64,000 nt of DNA, taken from a virus. Lineage: Duplodnaviria > Heunggongvirae > Uroviricota > Caudoviricetes. The DNA lies in IMG/VR virus record IMGVR_UViG_3300031555_002904. One strand, written 5' to 3'. Positions 42,776-53,540 of the stretch are shown here, in pieces (the stretch's first letter is position 1; every line of letters starts with the position of its first letter). Below the pieces are notes generated by a model that was given only the letters and a program-made list of their open reading frames with translations, searched no databases and had not been told where the DNA came from. The position numbers and the translations under genes were made by a program.

Positions 42776-44512
42776 TTAAATTTTATAATAAATAGTACCG
42801 ACAGGTAAAGAAGTTGATGTTGGAGCACTAGTACCATAATTTGTTGTAACAACATAGTTAAAATAACCGTATGTAGCGAACATCTTCCAAAATAAATAGT
42901 CAGAAGCTCCAATTTGATCATAATTACTTTTAGGTGGTCGAATAACAGAACTATCATTACCAGGGGTAATAATAGTTCCACTCATTGTACCACCACTCAG
43001 CGGAAGATATGAATGAGAATGAGAAGCTAATGCAAAAGCAGAAGCATGGTTTCCATCCAAGGTATCAGCATTACCTGCGCCTGAAGCATAATCAACATTA
43101 CAATACAAATGAGACTTAGATCCGCTATGGAATACAGAAGTGCTCGTTGTAGGTGCCACTGTCTATCCATTATAATCTGTTGATGACGTTCTCAACGATA
43201 TAGATGCATCTGCCCAGTCACAAATAAATCTATAAGATCCTCCACCCCGTACATAAAAAACAGCTAAACTTGCATTACTTAATTGTCCCGCAAAATAAGC
43301 AGGTTTCACATTAGCAAAGCTATAATCATCTTGACGAAGTAAATATCTAAATGGACTAACTGTTCCCCATCCTGCCTAAATAATTTCTACATCAATATTA
43401 GAAGTAAATCCTCTATTGTGCGTACTCCAAGAAGGTCTTGTACTACTATTTAATTGTACTGCCAATTTAATTCTATTTAAACCATTTGCTGGTAAAGAAA
43501 TTACTACTGGATAATAAGTATTTACATCCAAACTAGCTGCACTAATCCACATGTCTGTCTACCGAGCCAAAGAACTTGAAGATGGAAAATTACCGGTGGT
43601 TAAAACAGTAGATCCCTACCAAGTAAGGCTAGAAGAGCCGATAGCCAAACCATCACTATTAGAAGAACTTAATCCCTTTCCCGCAGTAATGACGACATAT
43701 TCATCTCCACTATTATCAGTATTTGCGTTAATATATAAAGTACCATAACAAGCTAATCTTCCGTAAGATAAAGACATTGGAGTGCTTGCGGAAACAGATA
43801 CTGACCCCGCTGGAAAATTAATCGCTGCAGCTCCAGTTAATGTACCTCCGCTTAATGGTAAATAGCTATGTGTATGTGATGCAGGGGCGCACCAAGACGC
43901 ATAATTAGAGCTAGTTAATATAGTCTATTGTTCATAATTACCATACTAGATACCAACATAATAAGGAGTATTATAATGAGCTACATAAAAGCCTCCATAC
44001 GGAGTGGAATCATATCCGCTAATAAAATATCCCATATACATACTACCATTATTATAAGCTGAAGAATAATATGTTAAGAACTCATCTTTTGGGGTTGAAT
44101 TTTTATAAGTATCAAATGCGGCTTTTAAGGCTAAGCTATGGCTATCACCACTAATATTGTATTTATTAAGCAATCTGCTTGCAGTATCAGCATTACCACT
44201 TAAATTTCCATGAAATGTAGTTGCATATATACTAGACCACTTATGCGTTGAATCACCTAATGTAACGGTGTTATTTTTTGTAGGAATTAACGATGTAGTA
44301 GAAAGTTCAATGCCATCAGAATAGCCTAAAGTTCCATTGTTTGGTCTAAAATAAATTTTATTACTGGAATAAATACCAAAATTTTTTGAACCACAACCAA
44401 TTCGTACATCAGTTCCAAAAGCAATAGAAGGTGTGGTGTAAGCATCTGTGCCACTTTTTAAAGTAAGTAAATCCTAAATATTTACACTACCATTAACTTT
44501 CAAAGTTCCCAT
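42776..44512 (-). CDS. Tail fibre / receptor-binding protein D, 578 aa (code 15)
   Basis: ATG 44512, 7 TAG join track ORFs 43946..44173 and 42776..43159; starts MGTLKVNG, two HSYLPLSGGT repeats, ends VGTIYYKI. Confidence 0.82.
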
Positions 44513-44675
44513 ATATTAAAATCTCCTTTCTCTCAAAATAAAAAGAGTTATATTTCTATATAATATTAAATTTTTTATTATTATTCTTTCTTATTTTAGG
44601 CCAAAATATAATAATAATTTATTTAGATTTTTTATATCTATATAGATAAAATGAGAAAAAGGAGGAAAGATATCT

Positions 44676-45257
44676 ATGGGATGGTCTATTGTAAGCACCG
44701 AAGGTCACGGTTGTAATTTTAGTTATTGGGTTCCCGCAGCCGGTTCTACCACTCGTGGACAAATGATTGTCTATTACAATGACACTGGCAAGCCAGTAAA
44801 AATTAATAGTTGTTTTATGTATTTTAGTACTGGTAGCGGCACATATGGAGGTATGACAGGTAATGGTAATACATATTATATCACAGCTTCCATTACGGAT
44901 AGTACAGGTAAAACTGTTAGCTCTAGTGAAATTACAATAAATAATATTAGTTATAATTCCACTTATGACAATATGAAAAAATGTGAATGGACTTTTAATG
45001 ATATTGTTTTAGTTAATCCAGGAGCAACTGTATATGTACAAATGACATTTAGAATACCCAATTGGAGTACTGCTGTTTTGTGCGCCGGTACTTGGGGAAC
45101 TTCATATTATGGAGGATCAGTGAGCGACGCAGGAGCTGTACGTATTTGGAATGGTTCTTCTTGGGTTAGTGCAATTCCCTATATTTGGAATGGTTCATCA
45201 TGGATATAGGCAATGCCCTATGTTTGGAATGGCTCATCGTGGGTGCCTTCATCATAA
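44676..45257 (+). CDS. Small adhesin-like protein with three C-terminal Trp repeats, 193 aa (code 15)
   Basis: Ends RIWNGSSWVSAIP/YIWNGSSWI*AMP/YVWNGSSWVPSS; TAA 45255. Confidence 0.75.
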
Positions 45258-45263
45258 AAAAAA

Positions 45264-45302
45264 TAAAGGCTAGTTATGAAATTAATCATAACTAGCCTTT
45301 TT
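45264..45302. terminator. Bidirectional terminator
   Basis: AAAGGCTAGTTATGA-aattaa-TCATAACTAGCCTTT. Confidence 0.85.
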
Positions 45303-45614
45303 TTATTTCATTTTGATTCCATTATAAATTGCATTCGTTTCTAACAATATATCCTCTCCATACTATGACATCAATTCTGCCACTAACTCTTCCTCGCTAT
45401 AGGACAAGTCAATCATGTAACTATACATAAATGCGTGTACGATTTCGTGACATAAGACCTCTTTTAAAAGTTGAGGGGAAAGGGTCTTATCAACGCAAAT
45501 AGTCTGAGTGACTTTATCACAGACTCCAAGAGCATGAGTTTTCCACGGAGTTAGTAACAAAGGATGTGCTGGCGAGACCAATCGGACTCGCCAGACAACT
45601 CCATTGATAATCAT
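45303..45614 (-). CDS. HExxH zincin-like metallopeptidase, 103 aa (code 15); cassette gene 6
   Basis: LCHEIVHAF...EE; reads through TAG 45363 to TAA 45303. Confidence 0.75.
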
Positions 45615-46249
45615 TTCATCTGACCGATCTTAGAAGCCAGTGCGGTAATTTTCTTCTCAAGATACTGCTTTTCTTCTGGAGAGGCATCTGCAATCATTTC
45701 AGTAATGTCTTGAGACAACTCCTGCATATACTTCTCCAATTCACGTAATTGAGAAGCTTTATCTCGTTTCATTTCCTTGGCTTCCATATACATTCTGCGA
45801 CTATTGTAACTGCGGCCTTCGCGCTCGTCGCGCCACATAGGCCCGTCATAGTAGTTACGACCATTGGAACTATTAGTACCACTCATGTCGCCAGAATCAG
45901 CGTAATTCTGGGTACCACCCATATGATTCTGACCACCATCGGCATAGAAAGTGCCATCTGCGCGACGATTACGACCGCCATCCGCATACATTGCAGGATA
46001 GCCACCACTATAATACATGCGATCATCCTCAGGCTTCTGATGATGGTCGCCATTTTTCATTTTCATTTCTTTGCCTTGATGATTCATCGCTTCAGTAACA
46101 GTGCAATAGTAGATAGCTTCTTCCAAATCCTTAATCATATCAATAGCTTCTCCAAGCTCTTCGGTATCTACTTCGCTAAGGTTACATAATTGATTTTCAA
46201 CTACACAAATTAATGAATCTTTCATCCATTTTAATTTTTCATGGCTCAT
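45611..46249 (-). CDS. Helical protein with a central G/Y/R/D-rich disordered linker; cassette gene 5
   Basis: EELGEAIDMIKDL N-terminal helices, RRADGTF, C-terminal ELEKYMQELSQDITEMI helices. Confidence 0.75.
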   Translation of the reverse strand: MSHEKLKWMKDSLICVVENQLCNLSEVDTEELGEAIDMIKDLEEAIYYCTVTEAMNHQGKEMKMKNGDHHQKPEDDRMYYSGGYPAMYADGGRNRRADGTFYADGGQNHMGGTQNYADSGDMSGTNSSNGRNYYDGPMWRDEREGRSYNSRRMYMEAKEMKRDKASQLRELEKYMQELSQDITEMIADASPEEKQYLEKKITALASKIGQMK

Positions 46250-46263
46250 ACAGTCACCCCTCC

Positions 46264-46686
46264 TTATGCTTCACGAGTAACAATTAAGTTCGCATTTTGA
46301 ACAACTACTGCGTCAGTAGATGTATTCTTCACGCTAACACTAACGCAACATCCGCGAGGAACGTCAATAAATACACTTGACTTCACATTGAAGAACTGTT
46401 CAACTGCGGCGGGGGTAATAATCATAGTAGTAGCAGGAACGGGCTCACCATCAATAGCAATAGCCAAAGAGATTGGGCCGACAGTTCCATCTGTGGGAAC
46501 AGCAATATTGCCGCCAAAAGTCACCATAAAACGAGCGCGGCACTGGGAGTTGGTGACTCCGCGAAGAGTCACCAAACCAGAATCGTCTCTATGACCTATG
46601 GACATATTGCCACAAATAACGGTGTCTGTGAAATAAACATTTTGATTTGCTGGGACAGTCTATACAGCATTAGCAATAATTTCCAT
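46264..46686 (-). CDS. Beta-rich protein resembling the BclA C-terminal (C1q/TNF-like) domain, 140 aa (code 15); cassette gene 4
   Basis: ATG 46686 (AAGGAGG), one TAG; alternating beta strands, ends NANLIVTREA. Confidence 0.6.
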
Positions 46687-46702
46687 AAATCAGACCTCCT
46701 TA

Positions 46703-47410
46703 TCAGAATGCGCCGCAGCCACCATAATAGGTATTGCAGCAGTAGGGATTAGGTACAGTATAGGCGGGAACGGGGCATGGACGCAATTCGTTTACTAAGT
46801 AAGCGTTCTGTGCGGCCTGAGATGCGGCAAAGCGCAAGCCCTGATTCTCTGCCTGCAAGGTAGCGATCTTATCATTAGTCAAGAAGTCTAAGATAGAGCG
46901 TACGCCTGCATTGTTGGCATCAATAATATCACGAGTGCTATCAGCAATAGCGCGACGAGTGTCGCAAGCTTGAGTTGCTAAATTGTAATTGGTGTCTGCG
47001 AAGCCACGCTCAATTGCGCGACCGGTCTCGCAGCAACAATCACTAATCTGATGAGCAATAGTATTGAAACCATTCTGCATATTATAGCCAAGAGTGCAAA
47101 CAGCAGTATCTACGCCATGGAAGCCACTCATAATAGAGTTATTCAAAGCGTAAGTGCTATCTGCCAAGCCATAAGTCTGATTATCCAATTTGGAAATCAA
47201 AGTCTGCTGATCGACAGCTGCTCTTACATCAGCCTGGGTTGCGGGAACGCCTTCTACGCCTCCGCCAAAGCCGCCGAATCCACCGCGGCCCCAACCAGCA
47301 AATAAGAACAATAAAATGATCCACCAGCCATTATCACCGAACATACCGTCACCATTGCGGCCAGTTACAGCGGCGATGTCAGATAAATTGTAACCTTTTC
47401 CATTAAACAT
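46703..47410 (-). CDS. Gly-rich membrane-segment / coiled-coil / Cys-rich protein; cassette gene 3
   Basis: GWWIILLFLFAGWGRGGFGGFGGG, ISDCCCE, PCPVPAY.VPNPYCC. Confidence 0.75.
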   Translation of the reverse strand: MFNGKGYNLSDIAAVTGRNGDGMFGDNGWWIILLFLFAGWGRGGFGGFGGGVEGVPATQADVRAAVDQQTLISKLDNQTYGLADSTYALNNSIMSGFHGVDTAVCTLGYNMQNGFNTIAHQISDCCCETGRAIERGFADTNYNLATQACDTRRAIADSTRDIIDANNAGVRSILDFLTNDKIATLQAENQGLRFAASQAAQNAYLVNELRPCPVPAYTVPNPYCCNTYYGGCGAF

Positions 47411-47430
47411 AATTTTTTCCTCCTTAAATT

Positions 47431-47685
47431 TTAGTTGTTGTAGCCTAATGCACGTTTGAAGGCTTCAAATTCAGAGTCGAAATCCTAACCGCCCTATTGA
47501 GCGTAAATATTGCGAACTACTTTCTCTAGTTCCGCAGTGCGACCCTGTTGAGCTAAACTCAGGAGATTTCTTCCGAGGGGATTATTGTAGGCCTGACCCT
47601 AAAGCACGGATAACATTAACTATTGAGGGTTTTTACCAGACCTAATCATTGAAATTAAAACATTGGGATCTACTGGATACATCAT
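47431..47685 (-). CDS. Small helical protein, 84 aa (code 15; absent from the track); cassette gene 2
   Basis: AAGGAGG RBS, 4 TAG, TAA 47431. Confidence 0.7.
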
Positions 47686-47695
47686 TCATACCTCC

Positions 47696-48139
47696 TTAGA
47701 ATGATAAAAGTTCTACTTTCTCTTTTTGCGGGGCGGGTGCGGCCGGCTCGGTTGGCTTCTGGGGCAATAATTGCGCCAGGACCCGCTCAAACTCTTCTCG
47801 CGTAACAAATTTCTCAACGGATGGAACTAAGCTGCTTTTTTCTTCTTCAACGGGCATTTCCCTTAATTCATATACATATAGTGAAGCAGTGCCATCCATA
47901 TTTATTTGTTTTGTGTAGATTCGTTTGTTCGCCAAATCTGGGAAGTAGAATACAGAACCATCGAAATCAATAGAGGTTGCACGGGCCTCTTCCAATGAGC
48001 TAACTAATCTACCTTTTAAATTTACTTGCGGCGGCGCCTGCCGTAAGTAATTCGGTACTTGGTACATTGGTTGCTATTGGGTGATTTGCTGGGTCTGTTG
48101 CACGGGTTGCTGTGGATAATAATTATAGTTTGAATACAT
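47696..48139 (-). CDS. Protein with a Q/P/Y-rich N-terminus, 147 aa (code 15); cassette gene 1
   Basis: ATG 48139 after GGAGAGGAG; YYPQQPVQQTQQITQ*QP. Confidence 0.75.
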
Positions 48140-48313
48140 ATGTAAGGTCTCCTCTCCATACAAAAAATTTTCTTATCCATCCCCTCATAGTATTATGAAA
48201 ATTAGGATGGGAAAATTACCCTCTTTTGTCCAAACGTCCACCACTTCGGGACCTTAAGAGGTTTTTTAGGAAACCTAAAAAATATGTTTTTAGGTATTTT
48301 TAATTAAAACAAA

Positions 48314-48348
48314 AAAAGCGAGATAGATAAAATATCTATCTCGCTTTA
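48314..48348. terminator. Intrinsic terminator
   Basis: AAAGCGAGATAGAT-aaa-ATATCTATCTCGCTTT-type stem directly after the 48358 stop. Confidence 0.75.
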
Positions 48349-48357
48349 AAAATTATA

Positions 48358-50559
48358 TTAAGGGAAACTAATAGTTAAAGTATCTGTACTTGCATCATAA
48401 GTAAATGTCGCACAGTCAGTAGTAGAACCAGCAGCAGAAACTTTCATACCATCACCAAAAGTTTTTACACCTTTAAATGTCTATGTACTTGTAGTTACTG
48501 CACCGGAATAACTATAAGAAGCATTTGGAATCTACGCTGCAGTACCAGTAATACCATTAACGGTAGTGCTTAAAGTGGGACCATTTGTAGTGCCATTTGT
48601 CCAAGTATTAGACACTCCGCCAATGATAGTGGCCGTATCTGTGGTACCACCCACAGTAATAGACATTGTATTATCACTTGCACTATCAGCACCACTGAAT
48701 GCGGTCAATAGAGACGAGTAAGCGCCAGCCGCAGTTACCACACCATCAAGTAAATAAACAGGTTGTGTTGCGCTACCGACATTAGCAGTAGATGGAGTAA
48801 GAGTACCATTACTCATATACATTAATTGAGTACTGGTGGCAACACTACTAGTAGAAGCAGTAATAACACCATCTAATAAATAAACAGGTCTTGTTCCATT
48901 ACCCTCATTTGCATCAGAAGCAGTTAATTTACCACTAGCTAAATACATTAGTTGCTTTGAACCAGCAACTCCTGAAGTAGATTTGGTTAATGTACCACTA
49001 GCTAAATATATCAGTTCAGTGCCTGAGGCGACATCAGAAGTTGATTCAGTAATCGCACCGCTAGACAAATGTATTAATTTAACGCCAGAACCTTTGGTTG
49101 CGGCAGAGGCAGTTAATAAACCATCTTTCAAATACATTAACTTAATATCGCTAGCGATATCAGTTGTAGTATCTGCAACAACTTGACCAGCCGCAGATAC
49201 AGAAATTAGTCGACCAGAACCACCTTGTGCGGAATTTTCAGTATGATAAACTAATTCACCAGAAGCTGCTGGTAAAGATACGGTGTATGTTGAAGTGCTA
49301 TTGGACTAATTTGGACGAATAGTAGTTGATCCAGTATTATCTCCGTATAATAAAATACGACCTTCCTTATTCCCTGCAAGACCGACTTTAGTGCTATTAC
49401 CTAAATATAAATAAGATTTTCCCGCAGTCGTCGAGGTAGTACCATTCTAATGATATAATCTAAATCCATCATTGTAGCCATAAGCCGCGTCAAATACCGA
49501 CATAGAGGTCTAAAATGGAATATACCAAGTTTGAGCAGTTGTATTATTGACTTCACCGGTTCGTACCATAATCATACCACCGCTACTTGGCAATGTATAC
49601 GTACCAGTGCCAACAGCAGATAATGAAGCATAGCCTGTTCCATATGCTAATCTTAGCATACCATCCTTATCACCTAGAGAAGTTCCATCTCCAGTATTAC
49701 CAATAGTTAGAATAGCGTTTCCTTTATCTTCATAGCTGATATTTGTTTCAGTTTCACTAGACTATATAATTAATTTATTTTCTGCCCCATAGACATTTAA
49801 ATGCTAAACATGAATCTAATTCCAAAGCTTATAATCACTAGAGCTAGTATAATAACCTAAGCTATAACTACCGCTTGTTCTAGGATAAATGCTAGAAGCA
49901 TATGTTGTGCTCATAAATGTTTTTTCGCCGGTAAATGTTTGTCCATCAGTAGTAACAATACCAGAAATAGAATCACTAGCTTTTGGAATTGCAACGCCAG
50001 CAAATTTTACTTCAGCACCTTCTTTAGTATTAAATGTAAAATTAAAAATAGGTCCTGCAGTAGAACCATTAGTCCAACTCATTGTTGGTTTTACATAAGC
50101 TGGAGCTTTATTTGCGCCAGTAGATACAAGAATATAACCATTGGTAGTCGGAGATAATGTAGAAATTGCTCCTGTCGTACTAGAAACATTACCATATAGA
50201 ATTGCACCTTTAGGAATAGATGTTACGCCACTACCACCCTAAGCGACGGGTAATATACCAAATTTTGGCTTATTGCTTGTAGAATCAGTATAAAATGCAC
50301 CAGAAGTGGGAGCTGCATAAGTAGTATCGTAACTACCATTACCGCGCAGAAGAACTGAATAAGCCGCGGCATTTGTTAAATCAACACCCAATCCACCATT
50401 GCGAAGATCAGCTAACTTTGGCACAATATTATTTCCATTTAAATATATATAAGCACGACCATCAGTGTCAGTCGCAAAATAAATGGTACCATCTTCTTTT
50501 GTAGTAATATTATTATAATTACTAATGGTACCAGTTTTTAATTTTAAATCTGTAGCCAT
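48358..50559 (-). CDS. Tail fibre/spike-like protein, 733 aa, with 21-aa tandem repeats (code 15)
   Basis: 9 TAG join track ORFs 50239..50559, 49816..50082 and 48532..49137; repeats of the type TASTSSVATSTQLMYMSNGTL. Confidence 0.78.
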
Positions 50560-50694
50560 TTAAAAATGTTCTCCTTTCCTCATATATTTTTTTCATCTAT
50601 ACATTATGAAAAACTTCATAGAACATTTATATTATTTTGGCCTCAATAAAAAAAATGGAGGATATAATTTTTACAATTACATCCTCCATGTAAA

Positions 50695-51312
50695 TTAATC
50701 AAGAATAGTCCAATAGACAGCCTTAACAGGATCTTCTAATCTTTTTAAACGATCATCTAAATCTTGATATTGACTAGCATTTAATAAATAGCTACTATCC
50801 ATTTTTTTAACTTCCATACCTGCTAATATTTCACTACGTGCGGGAATGGTATTTAAACTATAAGTTAAAACTTTTTTAGTTCCACCATTTTCTTCATCAG
50901 GAACTTCTCCAACTTTATAAAATTGAATTGCAAATTCAACTTTACCTTTTTTTACTGCTACATTAGCATCTAAACACCAAGGAAGTAACATTTTTTGTTC
51001 ATTGGCATATGTATAGATATCATAAAAAGGTACATGATAAATACGAGAAATCCCTGCTGTAAGATTAGTATATGTTACTACACAGCATGTAGTAGCTAAG
51101 TCCATATAATCAACAAATCTATCAACAATAAAATATATAGTTTCAGATTTATGGTCTTTTTCTACAGATAAGAATTTTGGTGCGTCCACCTCACGAGTGG
51201 ACGCATCAATATTATAAATATTTTCTGCAGAGGGTAGCATGGCATAGATTGGAGGATTAGCATTATTTACTAAATGAAGATTGCTATTGTACTCTTCATA
51301 GGTAGTAATCAT
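50695..51312 (-). CDS. Baseplate upper-protein (BppU-like) domain protein
   Basis: FIVDRFVDYMDL, LLPW, G.VEFAIQFY pattern shared with the N-terminus of the adjacent gene. Confidence 0.6.
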   Translation of the reverse strand: MITTYEEYNSNLHLVNNANPPIYAMLPSAENIYNIDASTREVDAPKFLSVEKDHKSETIYFIVDRFVDYMDLATTCCVVTYTNLTAGISRIYHVPFYDIYTYANEQKMLLPWCLDANVAVKKGKVEFAIQFYKVGEVPDEENGGTKKVLTYSLNTIPARSEILAGMEVKKMDSSYLLNASQYQDLDDRLKRLEDPVKAVYWTILD

Positions 51313-51333
51313 ATGATATTACCCCCTATCTTA

Positions 51334-53244
51334 TTAAGCAATAGTAAATGTATTATAAGAAGAACTCTTTACTTTGGCAGTTGCTCCCTGAATAGTATTA
51401 ATAATATCGCAAAAATAAGTATATTTAGCACCATCAGCAACGCATCGAACTTTAATTTCGCCACTATTTAAATTAGTTCCAACTTCTAATAAAGTATTAG
51501 AGCCAATATCTTTGGCAGTTAATTGACGAGGGTTGGTATCAGGTTCTTGAACATACCAAACATAAGTTAAACCTTCAGATAAAAGTCCTAATTCAGCAGC
51601 GTTATCTAAATCAGTTTCAACTTTTAAATTAATAATGTTACCGAACTTATATACATCAAACATAGTACCGCCATCCGCCAATGATGGTAATTCTGTATAA
51701 TCAGTTGCAGTTTCTAATTTATAAGACATTTTCTGAATAACGGGTTCAGCAGGCAGCATAGTAACTTTACAAATATTACTTTCTTCACTTTCAATCTTAC
51801 GATTTAAACGAGCAACGGGAACAACTTTATACCAGCCTGCCTCAGCAGCACTATAAGTGGCGCTTTCTGCTCCAGGGATAGCTTCACCGAAATCGCCATC
51901 TGCACCAGCAGTGCTCTTATACCAGGCGTAGGTGATAGTAGGATTATTACCATCTGCTTTTAATTCAATTGCTAAATCTGCCTTAGGAGCTTGGCCTGCG
52001 GCAGGGGCTACTGCGAACTCATGAGCTTTTAAATCTTTTGTATAAACCATAGCATTTGGAGCAGGAACGATACAATGAGTGCTGGGAACAGGATTTACAG
52101 AGTTAGTACCAATGGTATTTACCGCTTCAACCCAATACTCACCAACTACATCAACTTCGCTATCTTCAAAAGATAAAGACGTGACAATTTCATATAGTTC
52201 TGCATCTGCGGCAGGTGGCCAATCACCAGTATATAGAGTATAACTTGCAGCTTCATCACTACCAGTTTTTACCCAATACTTATCTAAACCTTTTTTGTTA
52301 GTAACTACACCGTTTTCATCGGTGATTAAATCAACTTTAACATAGTCAGTTAATTTCACTTCATAAACTCCGTCTCCACCAACAACCTCTCGCTTTTCAG
52401 TAGAGCCAGAAGGAATGTAGAACCACTTATAAGTAATATCGCCTAAATCAGAAGTTACGGCCTAAGCTTCAAATTTAAGTTCATTTGTGTCAAGATCAAT
52501 AGCAGCATATTTATCCAAATCAATGCCACCATTTACTTCTGTAAAAAATGGGGATACAGGAGTAATATAAGCAGGATTTTGACTGTTTTTAACAAAAGAC
52601 TTAAATTCATTATAATCATTCTCATGAATATGCTTAGGATTAATAACATTTAAGCCATCCTTAACTGTTAAAGTAGCTGGTAAAGTGTTTAACAAATAAT
52701 CAAATTTATTAGCTTCCGTTTCACTTGGAACAAAGAAACGAATAGCGAATTTAATTGGGCCAGGATATTTAGTAATATTCTCAACTAAAGGCCAACCGAA
52801 ACGGATTTTACCTTCTTCACTTTCTAAATCAATTAATTGGATATGAGAAATACCTTCTTCATTGTTGGCATTCACCCATTGAATAGCAATATTAGCTTCT
52901 GCCAAATCCTTATAATCAAAATATCTGTCAATTACAAAAGTAGCAATCTCGCAATAATTATCTCCTTTAACGGCGCCACATTTAGCGAACTCAGCAGGAA
53001 TAGTAACAGATCTTGCATTTGCATTAACAGCGAAAGGTGCTTCATCCAAAGGTAACAACATATACATTGGCTTATTAGTTTCTAATAAATCACCCATATG
53101 GGCAAAATATTGATCCAAACTGGTAAAACGACCGCCCGCCTCGACCTTGCCTAATTTTACTAAATCATCATAAGCCTTAGAAAATAACTTGGCATATTTT
53201 TCCCATAGTTCAACGGATGAATTTTTATTCAAAATAGTAACCAC
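51334..53244 (-). CDS. BppU-like plus Ig-like domain structural protein, 636 aa (code 15)
   Basis: Two track ORFs joined by one TAG (52462); IDRYFDYKDL; ITYAWYK and YWVEAVN Ig-like strands. Confidence 0.7.
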
Positions 53245-53324
53245 GTTATATACCTTCCTTTCTATAAATGAAATCCAAGAGGAAGTTTCCTTCCTCTTGG
53301 ATTATAAAAAATTTTCAAATAAGA

Positions 53325-53537
53325 TTAGTCAACAATACCCCGAACTTCTTCGGTCCAATTATCGACTTCATCGGCAGGAACAACAATGGAAGACACTTTA
53401 CGCTCTCCATCTGTTAAATATTTATCGCCATCAGCTCGAAGCTCAATTAATTCCAAATGATCAATTCCAGGCAATAAGACTGGTGAAGTAATAGTTCCAT
53501 TATAGCCGATATATTTATATAATTTCTATTTTGTCAT
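53325..53537 (-). CDS. Small protein, 70 aa (code 15), possible tail assembly chaperone
   Basis: GGAGG RBS, TAG at codon 4, directly follows the giant gene. Confidence 0.6.
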
Positions 53538-53540
53538 AGA

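Noticed and set aside
53189-53491. + strand 100-aa ORF
   Set aside because: It is antisense to the 53325..53537 gene and the 53244 start, and it spans a terminator hairpin.
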